The notes under the pieces are model-generated. The model was not told the DNA's origin. It saw only the letters and a list, made by a program, of their open reading frames with translations, and ran no database searches. Below, piece by piece: positions 7,314 to 18,837 of a stretch of 64,000 bases of DNA. Positions within the stretch are counted from its first letter, which is position 1. Every line of letters begins with the position of its first letter. The translations under genes and the position numbers were made by a program. The stretch is taken from positions 62,001 through 126,000 of the forward strand of contig NW_027437431.1 of assembly GCF_964204645.1 (NCBI RefSeq). Direction: 5' to 3'. The stretch comes from Tubulanus polymorphus (Eukaryota; Animalia; Nemertea).

Positions 7314-8396
7314 ATGCCATCGTTGAAACGGAGGCGAAACGGATTTACATTGCCCGGTTTACCACATTGCGGTCCATTCAACGATATATCCAGTTACAAA
7401 AGCGAAGGAATAGACGAAGTGTGCCGTATTCACGACAAAGAGTACGGAGAACTGCAAGAGAAATACGGTAAATGGGCTCCGTACTTCCAGTACAATTCAG
7501 CGGATCAGACATTTTTGGACAGTGCTTCGGGTGTGAACGGTGTAGGTGCGAGACTAACGTCGAGTGTATTCAGAGCAAAACGGGCGTTATTTCCAACAAT
7601 GGCGGAAGAACCGGCATTAAAAAGATCAAAGAGAACGGCGGAAACGGGGAGCGAAGAAGGGAACGCCCAACAAATGATGACTCACATGACGGAAAAGCCG
7701 TCACTACACTATAAGAGCGTGTTAATACATAGAGGTTACCTAACGTTTACGAATTGGGATCCGGACCAGGCGTACGGAGCATTCGGAAGAAAAGCGAAGA
7801 TTTACTGTTCGGGAATGAGAACGTTTAACTTCGGATTAAAAGAAAGAGAAGGATGGAGAAGATTTCCAGCCAGCATGGATACCATAGGGATGTGGGATCA
7901 ATTCAAAGTGACTTCGGGTAAAATAACGTTATACCCCATAGCGAGCGAAAGCGCGGTAAGCTCTGATTCGAACGCGTTCCAAGATCCGATAGTATGGTTA
8001 AAGACGGCAGCCGATTGGGACTTGAAAGTGAAAGACTCGGCCGCCAATACTCACCAGGGATCGCCGTACGCCGATATAAATTTATTAACTCAAAAGCAAA
8101 GCTACAGGCAATACGAATTAGGTCGCGGATGCGTTAGCATGGGATTACCCATGTCGACCATAAGAACCGAAATACAAGACACGAGTGACCCGACAGACGT
8201 TACCAGATCGGTGAATATCGGGGATAACTCGGCGTGGTTAGACGGAGCGTACCGCGATCATTGGCAATCAGCCGCGCTCATTATGCAAATGTTAGTGTAC
8301 AACGATTCGATACACGCGGATTTAAACACGCCCCATACAGAAATTATCGTTCCAGCGGAAGTGGAGTTTACGATGATTCATAGAAACAGAGTATAA
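7314..8396 (+). CDS. cap: PLA2-capsid protein, copy 3
   Basis: Same protein; synonymous G>C at 8126. Confidence 0.88.
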   Translation: MPSLKRRRNGFTLPGLPHCGPFNDISSYKSEGIDEVCRIHDKEYGELQEKYGKWAPYFQYNSADQTFLDSASGVNGVGARLTSSVFRAKRALFPTMAEEPALKRSKRTAETGSEEGNAQQMMTHMTEKPSLHYKSVLIHRGYLTFTNWDPDQAYGAFGRKAKIYCSGMRTFNFGLKEREGWRRFPASMDTIGMWDQFKVTSGKITLYPIASESAVSSDSNAFQDPIVWLKTAADWDLKVKDSAANTHQGSPYADINLLTQKQSYRQYELGRGCVSMGLPMSTIRTEIQDTSDPTDVTRSVNIGDNSAWLDGAYRDHWQSAALIMQMLVYNDSIHADLNTPHTEIIVPAEVEFTMIHRNRV

Positions 8397-8618
8397 TATG
8401 ATAATAACTTTCCTATTCTTGGCATCCGGTTTCCTACACGAGTACAAGTGGCACGTATATACTAAACGTATCATGAGTAGAACGCAACGATTCATGAAAA
8501 TAAGAGACGAAGTGGCGAACGAGTGGGTCATCAAACACGACGTCAACGAAAATCGGGTACTAAGGGAACAACACATTACAGAAGTAGCGAAAAGGATATT
8601 CTACTACCGGGAAAAACA

Positions 8619-10022
8619 ATGGGAACTAAGTCGAGAAACTGGTCGTTCACAACCGACAATCGAGCAGAAGTCTGCCTCGAAAGTCAAATCGGAACGTCAA
8701 CAGTAACCGTACACATAGGTCCGCAAGAAGATCCGGACGGTTACGCGCACGGAGTAATAATAACGTTAGCCAAAGGTACGCAACGACCGTTGAAACAGAG
8801 CGAAAACGCGATTAGACAACTGTTACACTCGCTAGGCATTAGATTAGTTAACGACTACATCAAACCGACGGAAAAATTAGGCGCCTACATTCAATACATG
8901 TACAAAGAAGCCGACAAAATACCGGAAGAATTACGAGGTCACTTGGAGGTGAAAAACTCGAAAACGAACGACGACTTTTTCGGCCAAAAGATAAACGCGT
9001 TATACGCGGAATACCAACAAAGACCGGGACTAGCCGATTGGACGGCGAGAATAGTGAAGGAGTTCGGTTACAACGTACCCGAACTGAAAGTGAAAAGATC
9101 GTTTAAAAATTGGCCGGTAAGGGTAAAAGATATTACGAGAAACGCGGGTGACTTTGCGTTGAAAATGACGGACATAACAGAGCCGAAATTGACGCCGGAA
9201 ATGGGAGTAGAAATTATAACGAAATGCCTGGATAACGTTCAATCGGCGATGTGGGATGGTAAACATATAAATAAACGTGACCTGCTGGTAATATTGGTGA
9301 ACGCGGCGATCGAGGGAGGTACGAGTAAAATCAGAAACGCGCCTCATATAATATTTTACGGAGATGCCGGGTCTGGTAAATCGATGTTGGCTAAATTATT
9401 GTTCCCGGATTCGATTACGAGCCAAATGCCGACGGATTCGGAAGGCGTAGGAGCGTGCGAGATGGGAGGAGGACAACGTATATTCAAAGTCGACGACGCC
9501 AGCGACGCTTTTTGGCACAACTCGGGGTTGTTGTCGATGATACTCGCGATGTACCAGTCCACCTGGGAGGCAAAAGTACATTCTAGTAAACAAAGTAACC
9601 CGCCGTGTATGACGGTAATTACGACGAATTGTAAGAATCCGTTAGAGAAGTTCGCCTCTACAGTAGCTTTGGAAGCTGTGGAAAGGAGATTCTTGTCGGT
9701 GTATTTCAAAGGTAAAGCAGATTTGGGAAACGTAGTTTACGACATTACGCCGGGCGTATGCGAAGAAATATTAGAAATAATAGTTAACGAAATTAGACAA
9801 GGTAGATATCTGGACAACCAAGTCCACTTGGACGACTGGGAAACGGATGATGACGTGGTGATACCGTTCGAAAAAGAAAGAAACTTCATCGAAGCGTACC
9901 ACGTAGGTCACATGTCGGACGCGATGCATCAGAATATGGAGGAAAGGTTAAAACGTAAACGTAAAGAAGAAGACGATACGAATGAAACTCTTAAGTTCGC
10001 TAAACGCGGGGAAATCCTGTAG
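8619..10022 (+). CDS. rep: Rep, copy 3
   Basis: Same protein as copy 1. Confidence 0.9.
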   Translation: MGTKSRNWSFTTDNRAEVCLESQIGTSTVTVHIGPQEDPDGYAHGVIITLAKGTQRPLKQSENAIRQLLHSLGIRLVNDYIKPTEKLGAYIQYMYKEADKIPEELRGHLEVKNSKTNDDFFGQKINALYAEYQQRPGLADWTARIVKEFGYNVPELKVKRSFKNWPVRVKDITRNAGDFALKMTDITEPKLTPEMGVEIITKCLDNVQSAMWDGKHINKRDLLVILVNAAIEGGTSKIRNAPHIIFYGDAGSGKSMLAKLLFPDSITSQMPTDSEGVGACEMGGGQRIFKVDDASDAFWHNSGLLSMILAMYQSTWEAKVHSSKQSNPPCMTVITTNCKNPLEKFASTVALEAVERRFLSVYFKGKADLGNVVYDITPGVCEEILEIIVNEIRQGRYLDNQVHLDDWETDDDVVIPFEKERNFIEAYHVGHMSDAMHQNMEERLKRKRKEEDDTNETLKFAKRGEIL

Positions 10023-10719
10023 TTGGCAATGTAAATAAATCTATAAATAGAATTCTATAAATTTCTCAATTCGTTACTACCAGTGGACCCGCAGACCCGC
10101 GGACCCACTGGCTGTTCGTTTTTCATGGTCTACCCCCCCTTATATATATAATAAGGAAAGAGAAGGAGGGTCCGCGGGTCCGCGGGTCTGCGGTATTCTC
10201 TAAACCGAGAATCGAAAAGTTAATGAAACTAGGTCGGAAAGATAACAAATTATTATTCAATATATCCTAAAGCTTCTACGAGGTTGGTCACGCGCTCGCT
10301 ACGCTCGCCAGCGTGACACAACCTCGTGGACGCTCCAAAGATAATGAGTATGTGCTTGATAATGAGTGAATTAATTGGGAACCCTATAGCGGGTAAAAGG
10401 TAAGAAGTAGAAATTATAGGGTTAGGGGTTATCATTATACTCGGATGCCCACAGCCCGTGGTGGTCTGTGACAGTGGAGGTTAGTTAAAGTTCGAGGCGT
10501 GTGACTAGTCGGGGGGAATAACATAGGCGGCTACGCCGCGATAGTTAGTCGGCAAGGTCGGCTGCGCCTCCGGCGGTACAGATTACATCTGAGTGTATTA
10601 GTCTACCAACGGAAGCCCAAACCCTAAATAATATTAGTCGGAAAAATCTGAGTTAGAGGGTCGCAACCGGTTCAAACAATTTAACATCTCATACAGGTGA
10701 CTCGTACTTTTAGTATCAA

Positions 10720-11802
10720 ATGCCATCGTTGAAACGGAGGCGAAACGGATTTACATTGCCCGGTTTACCACATTGCGGTCCATTCAACGATATATCCAGT
10801 TACAAAAGCGAAGGAATAGACGAAGTGTGCCGTATTCACGACAAAGAGTACGGAGAACTGCAAGAGAAATACGGTAAATGGGCTCCGTACTTCCAGTACA
10901 ATTCAGCGGATCAGACATTTTTGGACAGTGCTTCGGGTGTGAACGGTGTAGGTGCGAGACTAACGTCGAGTGTATTCAGAGCAAAACGGGCGTTATTTCC
11001 AACAATGGCGGAAGAACCGGCATTAAAAAGATCAAAGAGAACGGCGGAAACGGGGAGCGAAGAAGGGAACGCCCAACAAATGATGACTCACATGACGGAA
11101 AAGCCGTCAATACACTATAAGAGCGTGTTAATACATAGAGGTTACCTAACGTTTACGAATTGGGATCCGGACCAGGCGTACGGAGCATTCGGAAGAAAAG
11201 CGAAGATTTACTGTTCGGGAATGAGAACGTTTAACTTCGGATTAAAAGAAAGAGAAGGATGGAGAAGATTTCCAGCCAGCATGGATACCATAGGGATGTG
11301 GGATCAATTCAAAGTGACTTCGGGTAAAATAACGTTATACCCCATAGCGAGCGAAAGCGCGGTAAGCTCTGATTCGAACGCGTTCCAAGATCCGATAGTA
11401 TGGTTAAAGACGGCAGCCGATTGGGACTTGAAAGTGAAAGACTCGGCCGCCAATACTCACCAGGGATCGCCGTACGCCGATATAAATTTATTAACTCAAA
11501 AGCAAAGCTACAGGCAATACGAATTAGGTCGGGGATGCGTTAGCATGGGATTACCCATGTCGACCATAAGAACCGAAATACAAGACACGAGTGACCCGAC
11601 AGACGTTACCAGATCGGTGAATATCGGGGATAACTCGGCGTGGTTAGACGGAGCGTACCGCGATCATTGGCAATCAGCCGCGCTCATTATGCAAATGTTA
11701 GTGTACAACGATTCGATACACGCGGATTTAAACACGCCCCATACAGAAATTATCGTTCCAGCGGAAGTGGAGTTTACGATGATTCATAGAAACAGAGTAT
11801 AA
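10720..11802 (+). CDS. cap: PLA2-capsid protein, copy 4 (L131I)
   Basis: C>A at 11110. Confidence 0.88.
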   Translation: MPSLKRRRNGFTLPGLPHCGPFNDISSYKSEGIDEVCRIHDKEYGELQEKYGKWAPYFQYNSADQTFLDSASGVNGVGARLTSSVFRAKRALFPTMAEEPALKRSKRTAETGSEEGNAQQMMTHMTEKPSIHYKSVLIHRGYLTFTNWDPDQAYGAFGRKAKIYCSGMRTFNFGLKEREGWRRFPASMDTIGMWDQFKVTSGKITLYPIASESAVSSDSNAFQDPIVWLKTAADWDLKVKDSAANTHQGSPYADINLLTQKQSYRQYELGRGCVSMGLPMSTIRTEIQDTSDPTDVTRSVNIGDNSAWLDGAYRDHWQSAALIMQMLVYNDSIHADLNTPHTEIIVPAEVEFTMIHRNRV

Positions 11803-12024
11803 TATGATAATAACTTTCCTATTCTTGGCATCCGGTTTCCTACACGAGTACAAGTGGCACGTATATACTAAACGTATCATGAGTAGAACGCAACGATTCA
11901 TGAAAATAAGAGACGAAGTGGCGAACGAGTGGGTCATCAAACACGACGTCAACGAAAATCGGGTACTAAGGGAACAACACATTACAGAAGTAGCGAAAAG
12001 GATATTCTACTACCGGGAAAAACA

Positions 12025-13428
12025 ATGGGAACTAAGTCGAGAAACTGGTCGTTCACAACCGACAATCGAGCAGAAGTCTGCCTCGAAAGTCAAATCGGAA
12101 CGTCAACAGTAACCGTACACATAGGTCCGCAAGAAGATCCGGACGGTTACGCGCACGGAGTAATAATAACGTTAGCCAAAGGTACGCAACGACCGTTGAA
12201 ACAGAGCGAAAACGCGATTAGACAACTGTTACACTCGCTAGGCATTAGATTAGTTAACGACTACATCAAACCGACGGAAAAATTAGGCGCCTACATTCAA
12301 TACATGTACAAAGAAGCCGACAAAATACCGGAAGAATTACGAGGTCACTTGGAGGTGAAAAACTCGAAAACGAACGACGACTTTTTCGGCCAAAAGATAA
12401 ACGCGTTATACGCGGAATACCAACAAAGACCGGGACTAGCCGATTGGACGGCGAGAATAGTGAAGGAGTTCGGTTACAACGTACCCGAACTGAAAGTGAA
12501 AAGATCGTTTAAAAATTGGCCGGTAAGGGTAAAAGATATTACGAGAAACGCGGGTGACTTTGCGTTGAAAATGACGGACATAACAGAGCCGAAATTGACG
12601 CCGGAAATGGGAGTAGAAATTATAACGAAATGCCTGGATAACGTTCAATCGGCGATGTGGGATGGTAAACATATAAATAAACGTGACCTGCTGGTAATAT
12701 TGGTGAACGCGGCGATCGAGGGAGGTACGAGTAAAATCAGAAACGCGCCTCATATAATATTTTACGGAGATGCCGGGTCTGGTAAATCGATGTTGGCTAA
12801 ATTATTGTTCCCGGATTCGATTACGAGCCAAATGCCGACGGATTCGGAAGGCGTAGGAGCGTGCGAGATGGGAGGAGGACAACGTATATTCAAAGTCGAC
12901 GACGCCAGCGACGCTTTTTGGCACAACTCGGGGTTGTTGTCGATGATACTCGCGATGTACCAGTCCACCTGGGAGGCAAAAGTACATTCTAGTAAACAAA
13001 GTAACCCGCCGTGTATGACGGTAATTACGACGAATTGTAAGAATCCGTTAGAGAAGTTCGCCTCTACAGTAGCTTTGGAAGCTGTGGAAAGGAGATTCTT
13101 GTCGGTGTATTTCAAAGGTAAAGCAGATTTGGGAAACGTAGTTTACGACATTACGCCGGGCGTATGCGAAGAAATATTAGAAATAATAGTTAACGAAATT
13201 AGACAAGGTAGATATCTGGACAACCAAGTCCACTTGGACGACTGGGAAACGGATGATGACGTGGTGATACCGTTCGAAAAAGAAAGAAACTTCATCGAAG
13301 CGTACCACGTAGGTCACATGTCGGACGCGATGCATCAGAATATGGAGGAAAGGTTAAAACGTAAACGTAAAGAAGAAGACGATACGAATGAAACTCTTAA
13401 GTTCGCTAAACGCGGGGAAATCCTGTAG
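12025..13428 (+). CDS. rep: Rep, copy 4
   Basis: Same protein as copy 1. Confidence 0.9.
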   Translation: MGTKSRNWSFTTDNRAEVCLESQIGTSTVTVHIGPQEDPDGYAHGVIITLAKGTQRPLKQSENAIRQLLHSLGIRLVNDYIKPTEKLGAYIQYMYKEADKIPEELRGHLEVKNSKTNDDFFGQKINALYAEYQQRPGLADWTARIVKEFGYNVPELKVKRSFKNWPVRVKDITRNAGDFALKMTDITEPKLTPEMGVEIITKCLDNVQSAMWDGKHINKRDLLVILVNAAIEGGTSKIRNAPHIIFYGDAGSGKSMLAKLLFPDSITSQMPTDSEGVGACEMGGGQRIFKVDDASDAFWHNSGLLSMILAMYQSTWEAKVHSSKQSNPPCMTVITTNCKNPLEKFASTVALEAVERRFLSVYFKGKADLGNVVYDITPGVCEEILEIIVNEIRQGRYLDNQVHLDDWETDDDVVIPFEKERNFIEAYHVGHMSDAMHQNMEERLKRKRKEEDDTNETLKFAKRGEIL

Positions 13429-14126
13429 TTGGCAATGTAAATAAATCTATAAATAGAATTCTATAAATTTCTCAATTCGTTACTACCAGTGGACCCGCAG
13501 ACCCGCGGACCCACTGGCTGTTCGTTTTTCATGGTCTACCCCCCCCTTATATACATAATAAGGAAAGAGAAGGAGGGTCCGCGGGTCCGCGGGTCTGCGG
13601 TATTCTCTAAACCGAGAATCGAAAAGTTAATGAAACTAGGTCGGAAAGATAACAAATTATTATTCAATATATCCTAAAGCTTCTACGAGGTTGGTCACGC
13701 GCTCGCTACGCTCGCCAGCGTGACACAACCTCGTGGACGCTCCAAAGATAATGAGTATGTGCTTGATAATGAGTGAATTAATTGGGAACCCTATAGCGGG
13801 TAAAAGGTAAGAAGTAGAAATTATAGGGTTAGGGGTTATCATTATACTCGGATGCCCACAGCCCGTGGTGGTCTGTGACAGTGGAGGTTAGTTAAAGTTC
13901 GAGGCGTGTGACTAGTCGGGGGGAATAACATAGGCGGCTACGCCGCGATAGTTAGTCGGCAAGGTCGGCTGCGCCTCCGGCGGTACAGATTACATCTGAG
14001 TGTATTAGTCTACCAACGGAAGCCCAAACCCTAAATAATATTAGTCGGAAAAATCTGAGTTAGAGGGTCGCAACCGGTTCAAACAATTTAACATCTCATA
14101 CAGGTGACTCGTACTTTTAGTATCAA

Positions 14127-15209
14127 ATGCCATCGTTGAAACGGAGGCGAAACGGATTTACATTGCCCGGTTTACCACATTGCGGTCCATTCAACGATAT
14201 ATCCAGTTACAAAAGCGAAGGAATAGACGAAGTGTGCCGTATTCACGACAAAGAGTACGGAGAACTGCAAGAGAAATACGGTAAATGGGCTCCGTACTTC
14301 CAGTACAATTCAGCGGATCAGACATTTTTGGACAGTGCTTCGGGTGTGAACGGTGTAGGTGCGAGACTAACGTCGAGTGTATTCAGAGCAAAACGGGCGT
14401 TATTTCCAACAATGGCGGAAGAACCGGCATTAAAAAGATCAAAGAGAACGGCGGAAACGGGGAGCGAAGAAGGGAACGCCCAACAAATGATGACTCACAT
14501 GACGGAAAAGCCGTCAATACACTATAAGAGCGTGTTAATACATAGAGGTTACCTAACGTTTACGAATTGGGATCCGGACCAGGCGTACGGAGCATTCGGA
14601 AGAAAAGCGAAGATTTACTGTTCGGGAATGAGAACGTTTAACTTCGGATTAAAAGAAAGAGAAGGATGGAGAAGATTTCCAGCCAGCATGGATACCATAG
14701 GGATGTGGGATCAATTCAAAGTGACTTCGGGTAAAATAACGTTATACCCCATAGCGAGCGAAAGCGCGGTAAGCTCTGATTCGAACGCGTTCCAAGATCC
14801 GATAGTATGGTTAAAGACGGCAGCCGATTGGGACTTGAAAGTGAAAGACTCGGCCGCCAATACTCACCAGGGATCGCCGTACGCCGATATAAATTTATTA
14901 ACTCAAAAGCAAAGCTACAGGCAATACGAATTAGGTCGGGGATGCGTTAGCATGGGATTACCCATGTCGACCATAAGAACCGAAATACAAGACACGAGTG
15001 ACCCGACAGACGTTACCAGATCGGTGAATATCGGGGATAACTCGGCGTGGTTAGACGGAGCGTACCGCGATCATTGGCAATCAGCCGCGCTCATTATGCA
15101 AATGTTAGTGTACAACGATTCGATACACGCGGATTTAAACACGCCCCATACAGAAATTATCGTTCCAGCGGAAGTGGAGTTTACGATGATTCATAGAAAC
15201 AGAGTATAA
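14127..15209 (+). CDS. cap: PLA2-capsid protein, copy 5 (L131I)
   Basis: C>A at 14517. Confidence 0.88.
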   Translation: MPSLKRRRNGFTLPGLPHCGPFNDISSYKSEGIDEVCRIHDKEYGELQEKYGKWAPYFQYNSADQTFLDSASGVNGVGARLTSSVFRAKRALFPTMAEEPALKRSKRTAETGSEEGNAQQMMTHMTEKPSIHYKSVLIHRGYLTFTNWDPDQAYGAFGRKAKIYCSGMRTFNFGLKEREGWRRFPASMDTIGMWDQFKVTSGKITLYPIASESAVSSDSNAFQDPIVWLKTAADWDLKVKDSAANTHQGSPYADINLLTQKQSYRQYELGRGCVSMGLPMSTIRTEIQDTSDPTDVTRSVNIGDNSAWLDGAYRDHWQSAALIMQMLVYNDSIHADLNTPHTEIIVPAEVEFTMIHRNRV

Positions 15210-15431
15210 TATGATAATAACTTTCCTATTCTTGGCATCCGGTTTCCTACACGAGTACAAGTGGCACGTATATACTAAACGTATCATGAGTAGAACGCAA
15301 CGATTCATGAAAATAAGAGACGAAGTGGCGAACGAGTGGGTCATCAAACACGACGTCAACGAAAATCGGGTACTAAGGGAACAACACATTACAGAAGTAG
15401 CGAAAAGGATATTCTACTACCGGGAAAAACA

Positions 15432-16835
15432 ATGGGAACTAAGTCGAGAAACTGGTCGTTCACAACCGACAATCGAGCAGAAGTCTGCCTCGAAAGTCAA
15501 ATCGGAACGTCAACAGTAACCGTACACATAGGTCCGCAAGAAGATCCGGACGGTTACGCGCACGGAGTAATAATAACGTTAGCCAAAGGTACGCAACGAC
15601 CGTTGAAACAGAGCGAAAACGCGATTAGACAACTGTTACACTCGCTAGGCATTAGATTAGTTAACGACTACATCAAACCGACGGAAAAATTAGGCGCCTA
15701 CATTCAATACATGTACAAAGAAGCCGACAAAATACCGGAAGAATTACGAGGTCACTTGGAGGTGAAAAACTCGAAAACGAACGACGACTTTTTCGGCCAA
15801 AAGATAAACGCGTTATACGCGGAATACCAACAAAGACCGGGACTAGCCGATTGGACGGCGAGAATAGTGAAGGAGTTCGGTTACAACGTACCCGAACTGA
15901 AAGTGAAAAGATCGTTTAAAAATTGGCCGGTAAGGGTAAAAGATATTACGAGAAACGCGGGTGACTTTGCGTTGAAAATGACGGACATAACAGAGCCGAA
16001 ATTGACGCCGGAAATGGGAGTAGAAATTATAACGAAATGCCTGGATAACGTTCAATCGGCGATGTGGGATGGTAAACATATAAATAAACGTGACCTGCTG
16101 GTAATATTGGTGAACGCGGCGATCGAGGGAGGTACGAGTAAAATCAGAAACGCGCCTCATATAATATTTTACGGAGATGCCGGGTCTGGTAAATCGATGT
16201 TGGCTAAATTATTGTTCCCGGATTCGATTACGAGCCAAATGCCGACGGATTCGGAAGGCGTAGGAGCGTGCGAGATGGGAGGAGGACAACGTATATTCAA
16301 AGTCGACGACGCCAGCGACGCTTTTTGGCACAACTCGGGGTTGTTGTCGATGATACTCGCGATGTACCAGTCCACCTGGGAGGCAAAAGTACATTCTAGT
16401 AAACAAAGTAACCCGCCGTGTATGACGGTAATTACGACGAATTGTAAGAATCCGTTAGAGAAGTTCGCCTCTACAGTAGCTTTGGAAGCTGTGGAAAGGA
16501 GATTCTTGTCGGTGTATTTCAAAGGTAAAGCAGATTTGGGAAACGTAGTTTACGACATTACGCCGGGCGTATGCGAAGAAATATTAGAAATAATAGTTAA
16601 CGAAATTAGACAAGGTAGATATCTGGACAACCAAGTCCACTTGGACGACTGGGAAACGGATGATGACGTGGTGATACCGTTCGAAAAAGAAAGAAATTTC
16701 ATCGAAGCGTACCACGTAGGTCACATGTCGGACGCGATGCATCAGAATATGGAGGAAAGGTTAAAACGTAAACGTAAAGAAGAAGACGATACGAATGAAA
16801 CTCTTAAGTTCGCTAAACGCGGGGAAATCCTGTAG
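15432..16835 (+). CDS. rep: Rep, copy 5
   Basis: Same protein; synonymous C>T at 16697. Confidence 0.9.
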   Translation: MGTKSRNWSFTTDNRAEVCLESQIGTSTVTVHIGPQEDPDGYAHGVIITLAKGTQRPLKQSENAIRQLLHSLGIRLVNDYIKPTEKLGAYIQYMYKEADKIPEELRGHLEVKNSKTNDDFFGQKINALYAEYQQRPGLADWTARIVKEFGYNVPELKVKRSFKNWPVRVKDITRNAGDFALKMTDITEPKLTPEMGVEIITKCLDNVQSAMWDGKHINKRDLLVILVNAAIEGGTSKIRNAPHIIFYGDAGSGKSMLAKLLFPDSITSQMPTDSEGVGACEMGGGQRIFKVDDASDAFWHNSGLLSMILAMYQSTWEAKVHSSKQSNPPCMTVITTNCKNPLEKFASTVALEAVERRFLSVYFKGKADLGNVVYDITPGVCEEILEIIVNEIRQGRYLDNQVHLDDWETDDDVVIPFEKERNFIEAYHVGHMSDAMHQNMEERLKRKRKEEDDTNETLKFAKRGEIL

Positions 16836-17532
16836 TTGGCAATGTAAATAAATCTATAAATAGAATTCTATAAATTTCTCAATTCGTTACTACCAGTGGA
16901 CCCGCAGACCCGCGGACCCACTGGCTGTTCGTTTTTCATGGTCTACCCCCCCTTATATATATAATAAGGAAAGAGAAGGAGGGTCCGCGGGTCCGCGGGT
17001 CTGCGGTATTCTCTAAACCGAGAATCGAAAAGTTAATGAAACTAGGTCGGAAAGATAACAAATTATTATTCAATATATCCTAAAGCTTCTACGAGGTTGG
17101 TCACGCGCTCGCTACGCTCGCCAGCGTGACACAACCTCGTGGACGCTCCAAAGATAATGAGTATGTGCTTGATAATGAGTGAATTAATTGGGAACCCTAT
17201 AGCGGGTAAAAGGTAAGAAGTAGAAATTATAGGGTTAGGGGTTATCATTATACTCGGATGCCCACAGCCCGTGGTGGTCTGTGACAGTGGAGGTTAGTTA
17301 AAGTTCGAGGCGTGTGACTAGTCGGGGGGAATAACATAGGCGGCTACGCCGCGATAGTTAGTCGGCAAGGTCGGCTGCGCCTCCGGCGGTACAGATTACA
17401 TCTGAGTGTATTAGTCTACCAACGGAAGCCCAAACCCTAAATAATATTAGTCGGAAAAATCTGAGTTAGAGGGTCGCAACCGGTTCAAACAATTTAACAT
17501 CTCATACAGGTGACTCGTACTTTTAGTATCAA

Positions 17533-18615
17533 ATGCCATCGTTGAAACGGAGGCGAAACGGATTTACATTGCCCGGTTTACCACATTGCGGTCCATTCAA
17601 CGATATATCCAGTTACAAAAGCGAAGGAATAGACGAAGTGTGCCGTATTCACGACAAAGAGTACGGAGAACTGCAAGAGAAATACGGTAAATGGGCTCCG
17701 TACTTCCAGTACAATTCAGCGGATCAGACATTTTTGGACAGTGCTTCGGGTGTGAACGGTGTAGGTGCGAGACTAACGTCGAGTGTATTCAGAGCAAAAC
17801 GGGCGTTATTTCCAACAATGGCGGAAGAACCGGCATTAAAAAGATCAAAGAGAACGGCGGAAACGGGGAGCGAAGAAGGGAACGCCCAACAAATGATGAC
17901 TCACATGACGGAAAAGCCGTCACTACACTATAAGAGCGTGTTAATACATAGAGGTTACCTAACGTTTACGAATTGGGATCCGGACCAGGCGTACGGAGCA
18001 TTCGGAAGAAAAGCGAAGATTTACTGTTCGGGAATGAGAACGTTTAACTTCGGATTAAAAGAAAGAGAAGGATGGAGAAGATTTCCAGCCAGCATGGATA
18101 CCATAGGGATGTGGGATCAATTCAAAGTGACTTCGGGTAAAATAACGTTATACCCCATAGCGAGCGAAAGCGCGGTAAGCTCTGATTCGAACGCGTTCCA
18201 AGATCCGATAGTATGGTTAAAGACGGCAGCCGATTGGGACTTGAAAGTGAAAGACTCGGCCGCCAATACTCACCAGGGATCGCCGTACGCCGATATAAAT
18301 TTATTAACTCAAAAGCAAAGCTACAGGCAATACGAATTAGGTCGGGGATGCGTTAGCATGGGATTACCCATGTCGACCATAAGAACCGAAATACAAGACA
18401 CGAGTGACCCGACAGACGTTACCAGATCGGTGAATATCGGGGATAACTCGGCGTGGTTAGACGGAGCGTACCGCGATCATTGGCAATCAGCCGCGCTCAT
18501 TATGCAAATGTTAGTGTACAACGATTCGATACACGCGGATTTAAACACGCCCCATACAGAAATTATCGTTCCAGCGGAAGTGGAGTTTACGATGATTCAT
18601 AGAAACAGAGTATAA
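17533..18615 (+). CDS. cap: PLA2-capsid protein, copy 6
   Basis: Same protein as copy 1. Confidence 0.88.
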   Translation: MPSLKRRRNGFTLPGLPHCGPFNDISSYKSEGIDEVCRIHDKEYGELQEKYGKWAPYFQYNSADQTFLDSASGVNGVGARLTSSVFRAKRALFPTMAEEPALKRSKRTAETGSEEGNAQQMMTHMTEKPSLHYKSVLIHRGYLTFTNWDPDQAYGAFGRKAKIYCSGMRTFNFGLKEREGWRRFPASMDTIGMWDQFKVTSGKITLYPIASESAVSSDSNAFQDPIVWLKTAADWDLKVKDSAANTHQGSPYADINLLTQKQSYRQYELGRGCVSMGLPMSTIRTEIQDTSDPTDVTRSVNIGDNSAWLDGAYRDHWQSAALIMQMLVYNDSIHADLNTPHTEIIVPAEVEFTMIHRNRV

Positions 18616-18837
18616 TATGATAATAACTTTCCTATTCTTGGCATCCGGTTTCCTACACGAGTACAAGTGGCACGTATATACTAAACGTATCATGAGTAGA
18701 ACGCAACGATTCATGAAAATAAGAGACGAAGTGGCGAACGAGTGGGTCATCAAACACGACGTCAACGAAAATCGGGTACTAAGGGAACAACACATTACAG
18801 AAGTAGCGAAAAGGATATTCTACTACCGGGAAAAACA

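Noticed and set aside
13489-13677. 62-aa ORF unique to the copy 4/5 junction
   Set aside because: GTG start; created incidentally by the +1 C insertion.
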